From Schmidtea nova (lineage: Eukaryota): a stretch of 64,000 bases of DNA. Below, piece by piece: positions 1-8,003 of this stretch. The position numbers were made by a program, and so were the translations under genes. The notes beneath the pieces were generated by a model, which saw only the letters and a list, made by a program, of their open reading frames with translations, did no database searches and was not told the origin of the DNA. The first letter of the stretch is position 1, and each line of letters begins with the position of its first letter. The stretch lies in assembly GCA_044892505.1 (NCBI GenBank), contig CM097882.1, positions 1,674,001 through 1,738,000 on the forward strand, in the 5' to 3' direction.

Positions 1-2
1 AA

Positions 3-1523
3 CTCACTAACCCAAAGAGAGTGAAAAAAGACACAACTCTAAATATTTCTAATAAACACGACCACATCTTCCTTATGAAACGTAATGCCTGCCTCTCGTC
101 CTTGATTACCGAATGGTTTAAAGACCATAAAGACATCCTGGTCCTGTCACAAGAACTGACACTAAATATAATCTCTAGAAATAACTCATTTATTAGAGAA
201 AATGTCACGTTTAAAAATTTTCTAGGGATTAACCAAGTCATTAGTGTTATCCCAAATGATAATTACTGGTGTTTATATCTTTTTTCTATTACACATGGTG
301 CAAGTTACGTTTTTAACAATCAAGAAAAACTTATTTCTGACCGTTTATTTGGCATCGGAGAAAATATTACTGACTACTTGAATAAGTTCTTTCTATCAAC
401 AAACATTTCTTTTAAACCTAACCACGGCTTGGAACTGGTGCCCAACATCTCTGATGATACAATTCTCTTTGCGTCGGTTTTTATTGAGCTTCTTGAGAAA
501 TTTTTGTTTAATAAAGTTATTCATTTTTTAAATATACACAAATCATTAAACTCAATAAAATTAAGGGAAACAAGTGAAATCTCTCAGAATCTAAACTTAC
601 TTAATTCTAAAATTTCGGATAAAATAATTTCAATGTTTTTTGATAATTTAAATTTACCCAAGACTTTTTTTTTGTTGAGTGCGACCATGTGCACGGCTAT
701 TCTTGACGATTGTACTCAACACATAAATAATTTTCTGAATTTTGAAAATATATGCAAATCACAAATCATCTTTGCGATTGTTGCTCCCCCTAAACATCGT
801 GAAATTTTGTTCATTCTCGATTATAGTGCTGACACCTTTTATCTTGTAAACCCAACATCTTTGACTGTGAACGACAATTATCTGTCTACTTGCAGAATTC
901 TGAGAAATAAAATAAATGACATAAAAGATACACCTGGCCGCGTTTTGAATCTTTCTGAATGTCCCCATGACATCCGCGGCTCAGGTCTAGTTAGTAAAAT
1001 TCTGTTGTGTGTGTTTATTAATAATTTTTCGAAAAATTTGCCCCTTGTAAATTTAAACTTGCGCGAGATTGGAGACGTAGTTGGTTCTTTGCTTATCTTT
1101 GTCAGACAGCACGATAATATAGAAAACTCATGTAACACTAAAATTATTCATAAAACTATATTGAGCGTTCCGATAAAACAAAAGAGAAATAATGCTGAAC
1201 TATTTTTAATTAAATGTGCAAATTATAGCACAAATGAAATTATTCACGCGATTATGGAGCAATTCCCTGACATGGTGAAACCAGCTAAAAAACCATACTT
1301 GGGAACCAGAATTAAAACTTCTAAAATTAGCAAAAATAAATTGATTGATTTATTCATGAAAGATATGAAGTCAGCTGTCAATAAGATCATCAACAATTTC
1401 GATGTACCGGCTCGACCAACTTTTCAGAACATAGTTAAAAACTTTTCTCATGAAACACCTGCACGTGGGCATTGGGAGAAACTATTTGACTTTTGTAAAC
1501 ACTCTCAAAATGTACTTCTCTGA
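3..1523 (+). CDS. N-terminal part of the retrotransposon ORF, with two degenerate Ulp1/SENP-like protease folds; the frame is open to the window start
   Basis: 500-aa ORF. ISVIPNDNYWCLYLF..VPNISDDTILFASVFIELL and IIFAIVAPPKHREILFILDY..GSGLV resemble Ulp1 motifs ILVPIH..HW.L.VID and PQQ.N..DCG.F. NeSL-clade elements are known to carry a Ulp1-like domain. Confidence 0.6.
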   Translation, partial: LTNPKRVKKDTTLNISNKHDHIFLMKRNACLSSLITEWFKDHKDILVLSQELTLNIISRNNSFIRENVTFKNFLGINQVISVIPNDNYWCLYLFSITHGASYVFNNQEKLISDRLFGIGENITDYLNKFFLSTNISFKPNHGLELVPNISDDTILFASVFIELLEKFLFNKVIHFLNIHKSLNSIKLRETSEISQNLNLLNSKISDKIISMFFDNLNLPKTFFLLSATMCTAILDDCTQHINNFLNFENICKSQIIFAIVAPPKHREILFILDYSADTFYLVNPTSLTVNDNYLSTCRILRNKINDIKDTPGRVLNLSECPHDIRGSGLVSKILLCVFINNFSKNLPLVNLNLREIGDVVGSLLIFVRQHDNIENSCNTKIIHKTILSVPIKQKRNNAELFLIKCANYSTNEIIHAIMEQFPDMVKPAKKPYLGTRIKTSKISKNKLIDLFMKDMKSAVNKIINNFDVPARPTFQNIVKNFSHETPARGHWEKLFDFCKHSQNVLL

Positions 1524-1560
1524 AATGCTTCTCGAATAGGGAAGTGATGTATGAACTTAG

Positions 1561-3972
1561 AGGGCTGACAACACTAGTCCTGGTATTGATGGATTACAAT
1601 ATCGTGACTTGTTGCGTCTAGATCCTGATGTTCATATACTTACTTTCTTGTTCAATAAGATCATTACAGAAAAGTCCATACCTGACAGTTGGAAGGTCTT
1701 TAAAACCACTCTAATCCCGAAACCTAATAAAAATGATAAATATTCAAATATATCATCCTGGCGCCCGATTGCCTTGCTATCCGTCATCTACAAAGTTTTT
1801 GCGTCCTGCCTAGCCTCTCGTCTTGCACGCTGGATAAACTCTAATAAACTATTACATGTTGGACAAAAAGGTGGCTCTCAACATGAAGGTTGCGTTGAAC
1901 ACAACTCGATTCTGTCTGCTGCTCTGGAACATTCCAAATATAGTAAAAACTGTCCTCTTTCCATTGCTTGGCTCGACATAAAGGATGCTTTTGGTAGTGT
2001 CCCACATGATTATATGTGGTCCTTACTCCGATACACTGGGGTAAGTGAAGACTTTACCTCCATCTTACAACTTTTATATTCTGACACGAGCTCCTTCTAC
2101 AGTTGTGGTCCTATTCTGACACCAAACATCCCAATTAAAAAGGGTGTCAAGCAAGGATGTCCCATCTCCATGATTTTGTTTGCTTTGGCGATTAATCCTG
2201 TGTTGGAAGCTGTTTCCAGAACAGCCTGTGATGCTTTTGCTATTGGAGAATCATCTGTCAAAATTCTCGCGTATGCTGATGACATCGCAATTTTCGCTAA
2301 ATCTCCTAATGATCTGCAGAAACTCATTAACACTGCTCTCACAACTGCAACCAATATTGGCTTTGAATATCGGCCAGAGAAATGTGCTTATATGCAACTT
2401 CCTAAAATTCACATTGACAGTGAAATTTCAATCAATGGAGTTAAAATAAAAAAACTACTGTCTAATGAATTTTATCAATACCTAGGTGTGCTAGTTGGCG
2501 AAGGAACTGACCAAAGTCCTTATGACATTCTACTAGAGGCACTCAAAGACACCAATAAACTTGCTGATTCGGATTTGCTTGGGTGGCAAAAACTTAAAGC
2601 TTACAAAATATTTATTCATTTTCGCTTGATCTTTCCTTTTAGAACCCGTGAAATTAAAACTAGTGCACTTTCAAAATCTTATGATAATAAAATTCTTTCA
2701 GTTAACATCACTAGCCAGTTAAGGAAACTCTTAAGAAAAATGCTGCTTTTGCCTAATCACTCGGAAGTGAGTTATTTCTACAATTCAACTGAAAATGGGG
2801 GAGCAAACTGTGTTGATCTTCTCGACGAATATCACACACAAACTATCACACACTTTTTTCGATTAATCACGTCACAGTGTGACTTTGCAAGGAAAATTAA
2901 TCTTGACTCTTTGGCTTTTGTAACCAGTCCACGTCTTGGGATAAAAAATCCAACTCTTCAGGAAAGTCTTGATAGGCTCAATGGAAAAGAGTCTCTTTCC
3001 CCCCATTCTGCAAAGAAAACTCGATTTCAAAGAGCTAGGATTGCGATTGCTTTTTTTGAGAAGACGCACGGCATCAACATCACGTTTACTATCACCAATA
3101 ATGTACCATGGCTCTATATTAACACGAACGCACGTGGTACATGTATCGTAACTCCGGACGAACGAGAGACCACGGCAAAAGTATTGCACTTAGCGCTCAA
3201 TGATTCATACTTTGTTAAATGGGAAAAAAGCTGTGTCTCAAACATTATCGCTTCAGCTGTTAAGCTTTCACCGATAATAAACAAAGCTATCTATCGCAGT
3301 GATTTATCCGAGTTTGCTTGGAACTTTGTCCATAGAGCACGCACCAACACTCTTTCCACCCTTGCAAAGCCTTATAATAGTGAAGAGAAAAGACTCTGTC
3401 GTCGATGTCATGATGAGGATGAAACCTCATCACATGTACTTAAATCGTGCAAAGTTCATATGACTTTGGGCTCTGAACGACACGATGCTTGCCTTAAACT
3501 CATTTCTAATCATCTCCAACTTAATAAAAACCTAATTGTTGTTGTCAATCATGCCTGTTCACTTGTTCCGAGTTCTAAAGAGCGGGTGGATTTGCTGATA
3601 ACTGATGTTCTTAGAAAAAGAATCTTCCTTGTTGACCTTAAATGTCCGAGTGATTCCTTATGTAACTTTAAGCATGTAAATTTATTGAATTTGAAAAAAT
3701 ACAACTCTCTGAAAATCGATATTCAAGCTGCCAAGCCAGACTTTAAAGTTGAACTCGATACTTGCATTATAGGCGCTCTTGGCTCTTTTCCTGTAGAAAC
3801 TCCTCAGGTCCTTCAGAAAATTGGCATAACGAAAGGCCAGGTGGCTGGGTTATTAAAAATGTGTGCAATTAGTAATATTGCACACTCGGCAAAACGATGG
3901 TACTTCCACAAGAATGGTACACTGCCCATTTTCGACAACGAGGAGCAATTCATTCGAAATAACAACAACTAA
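1561..3972 (+). CDS. Reverse transcriptase plus zinc knuckle plus restriction-like endonuclease ORF
   Basis: The frame is open from 1561 (RADNTSPGIDGLQYRDLL...) to TAA 3970-3972; canonical RT and RLE motifs are present. Confidence 0.95.
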   Translation, partial: RADNTSPGIDGLQYRDLLRLDPDVHILTFLFNKIITEKSIPDSWKVFKTTLIPKPNKNDKYSNISSWRPIALLSVIYKVFASCLASRLARWINSNKLLHVGQKGGSQHEGCVEHNSILSAALEHSKYSKNCPLSIAWLDIKDAFGSVPHDYMWSLLRYTGVSEDFTSILQLLYSDTSSFYSCGPILTPNIPIKKGVKQGCPISMILFALAINPVLEAVSRTACDAFAIGESSVKILAYADDIAIFAKSPNDLQKLINTALTTATNIGFEYRPEKCAYMQLPKIHIDSEISINGVKIKKLLSNEFYQYLGVLVGEGTDQSPYDILLEALKDTNKLADSDLLGWQKLKAYKIFIHFRLIFPFRTREIKTSALSKSYDNKILSVNITSQLRKLLRKMLLLPNHSEVSYFYNSTENGGANCVDLLDEYHTQTITHFFRLITSQCDFARKINLDSLAFVTSPRLGIKNPTLQESLDRLNGKESLSPHSAKKTRFQRARIAIAFFEKTHGINITFTITNNVPWLYINTNARGTCIVTPDERETTAKVLHLALNDSYFVKWEKSCVSNIIASAVKLSPIINKAIYRSDLSEFAWNFVHRARTNTLSTLAKPYNSEEKRLCRRCHDEDETSSHVLKSCKVHMTLGSERHDACLKLISNHLQLNKNLIVVVNHACSLVPSSKERVDLLITDVLRKRIFLVDLKCPSDSLCNFKHVNLLNLKKYNSLKIDIQAAKPDFKVELDTCIIGALGSFPVETPQVLQKIGITKGQVAGLLKMCAISNIAHSAKRWYFHKNGTLPIFDNEEQFIRNNNN

Positions 3973-4080
3973 ACGAGCCTGAATTCAACCGATATCGTTC
4001 GATCTCGGAAGTTAAGCAGGTTAAGACCTCGTCAGTACTTGGATAGGTGACCGCCTGGAAATACGAGATGCTGTGAAACT
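3973..4080 (+). rRNA. 5S rRNA: 5S rRNA gene lacking nt 1-12 (nt 13-120 present)
   Basis: Colinear with eukaryotic 5S (nt n = 3960+n): CCTGAA, CCGAT.TCGT..GATCTCGGAAG.TAAGCAGG, AGTACTTGGAT.GG.GACCGCCTGG.AATAC, GCTGT. Compensatory helices AGCCTG/CAGGTT and CTCGT/ACGAG. The 5' strand of helix I is absent. Confidence 0.93.
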
Positions 4081-4097
4081 TTTCAAACCTTTTTTTT
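4080..4097 (+). terminator. Pol III-type oligo-T terminator of the 5S gene
   Basis: TTTT at 4080-4083 and T8 at 4090-4097 directly after 5S nt 120. Confidence 0.7.
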
Positions 4098-4911
4098 AAA
4101 CATTTATTTCCTTTTCCTTTTTTTATTTTTGATAACAATTACTTTACTTTGTTAAATATTTATTTTTTTTTAAAATTTAAATTAAAAGTTTGAAATATCA
4201 TAACATTGTTTAAATAATCTCTTTTAATTCTTCTCTTTTCAAAAATGATTGCAACTCAAATGCCTAATGGTGAATGTAAATTTGGAGATGAACAATGTGT
4301 TCTCTCTTCTCGTGTGGATGAGCTTGTTAATTTTGGAGGGTTTTTTTTCTTGATTCACTTTTATTTACTTATTTTTCTTTCCTTTCTTAATTATTTCTTA
4401 TTTACTACTTCATTTTGTTTATAAATTTCTATCTTTCACCTGAAAACATCTTAATTAAAAACTCTTTTACCACCTTTTTCTTGACGTTTTGCTCCGGTAA
4501 ATAAACACTGTTTAGCTCAATAAAAAGGAAATTTTAGTATTAAAAAACATCCAGATAATTATTGTACATTTTCGAATACTTTACAAAATCTGGATTGTGC
4601 TGATCAAAGAGAAACTTACCAAGAACAGAAAAGCAGGAATTTACAATAGAACACCTCACTGATTCCGATTGTTCTAAATCAAAGAGAAGTTTATCCAATA
4701 TTGCAATTCCGGAATCCAAATCCGATGAAGATCACATTAACTGCCAGGGACAATACAGGCAAATTCGAGTGACAATCGAGTCGAGAATACCCAGAATATA
4801 TTCAGATATTTCAGACTCTTCTGCCCTAGAATATTGTCAGTATGGGATGCTCCATGTTGAGCTATGTCCCATTGGAAAATCATCATATTTTATTGAAATA
4901 AAATTTATTAT

Positions 4912-4919
4912 TATATATA

Positions 4920-4964
<45 letters not shown>
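4912..4964. repeat. (TA)n microsatellite
   Basis: Direct reading. Similar TA tracts near 36083-36146, 52940-52970 and 59417-59483. Confidence 0.95.
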
Positions 4965-4967
<3 letters not shown>

Positions 4968-5065
4968 AAAATTACGTAATTGTCATTCTCAAGTGTATAA
5001 TTAAAAGTGTTGTTTAAACAAATTAATAAAAGTTTAAAAAAATAAAAACTGTAAAAACTAAAAAC

Positions 5066-5836
5066 TACTAGAGATGTTAACTTTGAAAGCATGGAAAAAG
5101 ATGATATTAATGAGATATTAATATCACGCGATGAAGAATTGAATAATGAAGAATTGATTTCTCTAAATGTTGAACAGGATGAAATCGATACACCTGATGT
5201 GCCAGAAGAAAGAGACTTACCGGCTAGTTCTATATCGAAAGCAATGCAACTAATTTCGCAGGCAATGGACATTTTCGCATGCAATGACCATGACGAAGAT
5301 CGAAGTTCAAAAGTTACTAGATCTATAGAAAGCACTATAAATTGATACAAAGAAATTTACTTGGAAAGAAAGCGGCAAAAGTTCAACAAACTTTGGACAA
5401 TTTTCTTACTAAATCTGTACGAGAACCAAATGAGTCAACAGAAATATTAATTGATTTAGAATCGCCAGGTTCATCAAATTAGAATCGTCACTCATCAATA
5501 TTAAATTATAGTCAATATTAAATTATAAATTATGTTATAATGTTTGTGCAATGTAAAAGATTTTTTATTTTATTTAATGATTTTTTATGTTATTTGTTAT
5601 TTTCTTTTATGTTAATGAATTTATGTATTATAGTATTTTCTTTATGTTCGTTTTCTTATGTTGGTATTATATACATATGAATTAAATAGTTTTTGATACA
5701 AGAAATTGTTTTCTGTTAGTACTTATTAACAAAATATAGTTATACATACGTCAATACTAAAAACTCGATTTGCGTCGTTTCGATTTGCGTCATCTTTTTC
5801 AAGTCCCAATTAACGACGCAAATCGATGTTCCAGTG
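5066..5836 (+). mobile_element. Tigger/pogo-type DNA transposon 3' remnant
   Basis: C-terminal transposase DINEILISRDEELNNEELISL..AMDIFACNDHDEDRSSKVTRSIE..YKEIY..RQK; terminus ...cgacgcaaatcgatgttccagtg followed by TA. Confidence 0.75.
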
Positions 5837-6055
5837 TATGTGTTTTGCGATATTATGATTTCGTTAGAAGGTCTTCGTTGTTGAAAACCACTACAATACT
5901 AGTTAAAAATTTTGAGTAAAACTCAAATTTTGATTTTAAAATATTATCGACATAAAACTAGGGACAATTTCTAAGCCTAAGGAAACTGCAGACCATTTCT
6001 AAATGTAGACGGTTTGACATTTAATGTACTTGATTATATATAATAGAAAGCTTTA

Positions 6056-6240
6056 CACCGTGTTTCACTGACGTTTCTCACCTATAATACACGTGAGTGA
6101 GACATTAGCCATTTTAAATCGGCTTTCAGGTAATTTTTTTTAGGATAACTTTTAAGGCTTTTATTTTGATCTCATAATGATATGAGATCACTATAAAAGC
6201 TTTAAAAGATTATCTATGTTCTACAAATTTATTTTTAATA
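6056..6240. mobile_element. Terminal fragment of the IS630/Tc1-like family found at 10.7-17.5 kb
   Basis: TA+CACCGTGTTTCACTGACGTTTCTCACCTATAATAC TIR and matching subterminal sequence. Confidence 0.85.
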
Positions 6241-6678
6241 AGTTTGTTGGAAATTATGATATTGAAATTGCTGGTCTGTTGGTATAGATGTTTCAACTGA
6301 TATTTTATTTTTGATATTCTGGTTAAGGTAATCTCACCAACATAAACACGCTTCCCCCGCTGATACCCATGATGTATCCCTAACTACTCATCATGTTGGT
6401 ACTGTATCAACGTTGTAGAAGGATGAGGCAGGTGAGCAACCTTGCGGCTACTATTCCCTCATTTATCTACGGTTCCTCCACTACCGATAGCAGGTCTAAG
6501 TGGTTTTATTCCGGTCCCAATTTATTAATGCGAGCTTACTACGTCTAGGGTTAATCTAATATATCTTTTATGATCACCGGTCAAATGAATTGTGTTTATA
6601 TCAGTTTAACCAGACACTCCTATATTTTATCATGCATTACTCATCAATTTATACGAACCAAGTCATTTAACTATACAT

Positions 6679-7191
6679 TTATTGGTAATTCAACAATACA
6701 TTTGGGTTAATCACTTTTGTCAATTGTCTTTCACTGAGTCCACTGAGGAGATCTACCTCTATTCTCATTCGTTCTGCGAATGCTCTGTGTTTGCGCCGTC
6801 GTTTTGCGCCCAGTCGGTTCCTCTTTTTAGTTTTAATATTTGCGACAGTGAGTCCTGTCTTAGCTTCCTCATTTCCCTTGGGTGTGGGGTTCATTTGTTG
6901 TAGGTTTTCCTTTTGGGTCTCAGTAGTTATGCTCCGTTGGGTTACCCATCGATCAAAAGTAGTTTTTCGGATCTGGTCTCTCAAATAGTCGGAAATAAAC
7001 TGCTCTGAGATCGTTCTCAAGCATCTATTTAGCTCCACCTTGACTGCAGCTAGTTCGGTAGTTTGCTCGTCGAGCGCCCTTTGGACCCTGTCTTTGCCTT
7101 TCAAGATATCTTTTACCGCGGTAGGACAAAACCAACTTCGACGGAGTTCATCATTTTCCGCCCTCAACTTATTAACCATTCCTTCCAGCAT
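6679..7191 (-). CDS. Unknown coiled-coil protein with Arg/Lys-rich C-terminal tail (gene B, copy 1 of an unclassified repeat family)
   Basis: 170-aa intact ORF in a GC-richer island; clear homolog at 21025-21590 (NDEL, RAL.E, VK.EL..CL, LR..IR..TF..W). Confidence 0.65.
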   Translation of the reverse strand: MLEGMVNKLRAENDELRRSWFCPTAVKDILKGKDRVQRALDEQTTELAAVKVELNRCLRTISEQFISDYLRDQIRKTTFDRWVTQRSITTETQKENLQQMNPTPKGNEEAKTGLTVANIKTKKRNRLGAKRRRKHRAFAERMRIEVDLLSGLSERQLTKVINPNVLLNYQ

Positions 7192-7463
7192 ACGGTTACG
7201 CCTTCGGACCTGATTTTACTCCTCGGAGTCTACTGGTCTGGGTAGAAGTTCCATCTAAAACGAAAATAACTTTTACACATAGGGTCGCTGACAGCGGTGC
7301 TAGTCGCCCCCTTTTTCATCTACTCAGTTATGTGTTTCAGGTCATGGGTTCTAAGTAGTTCGTCATACTTCAAGCAATCTCTGAACGTTTACCACATTCA
7401 TCACCCAACACGAACTCATTTAATTATAAGTCACAATTATTTATTTTTAACCACACTTGATCA

Positions 7464-8003
7464 TCACACTTTTCGATCTTCGGATTCTAAGCTCCACCCC
7501 TGAGCATACTCGCTCTCGTTTTTCTGGATTCTGTTTTCGTGATAATACGTGGGATTTGGTTGCCAACTTAATCGTCCTTGGTATATAAACACCTCTCGCC
7601 ATAATATGTTACGCATCCATGGTGACTCCTGACTTCCAGATATTGGCACTCCTTCCGGCAGATTGGAATAGGGAATCTGCTCTCCAGTACGAATGTTTCT
7701 CGGGCTCTCCAACAGAATATAACCCAGACGATGAAGGACATTTAACGGTATCGGCTGAAATTGTATCAACCATCGTGGAGCTCCGTCGATTTTACGCAAT
7801 TCTAGGAATCAGTCTGTCTGACGGTGTCGTCTCGTATCGTCGATCAGGGGCCAGTGCTCGTCTCCTGTCCATCGTATTTTAGTGGTTATCAATTCAGTAC
7901 CCACGAATGGTAACGAGGAACTTGTTTCCCTTAGCCGATGGCGCATATTTCTTCCGACTAATTGTTTTATTTTCTCGGGTGCCTCTGTGTCTATAAAGGC
8001 CAT
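7464..8003 (-). pseudogene. Unknown ORF (gene A, about 180 codons) with one in-frame TGA at 7809-7811
   Basis: The two listed ORFs 7809-8003 and 7464-7799 are in the same frame, separated by one stop; weak similarity to 20520-20705(+). Confidence 0.45.

Larger units (their letters stand above)
1..3972 (+). mobile_element. Non-LTR retrotransposon of the RLE (R2-superfamily) type, NeSL/Utopia-like clade; 5' end lies upstream of the window
   Basis: RT motifs TSPGIDG, WRPIALLSVIYKVF, QKGG..EGCVEHN, AWLDIKDAFGSVPH, GVKQGCPIS, LAYADD, YQYLG and NeSL-like LLGWQKLKAYKIF. C-terminal CRRC..ET..HVL..C zinc knuckle, RHD, and RVDL..DLKCP (PD-D/ExK-like) nuclease ending in IIGALGS. Confidence 0.93.

Noticed and set aside
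4240-4900. Exon-like segments downstream of the 5S gene
   Set aside because: Multiple stops in all frames and no recognisable homology.
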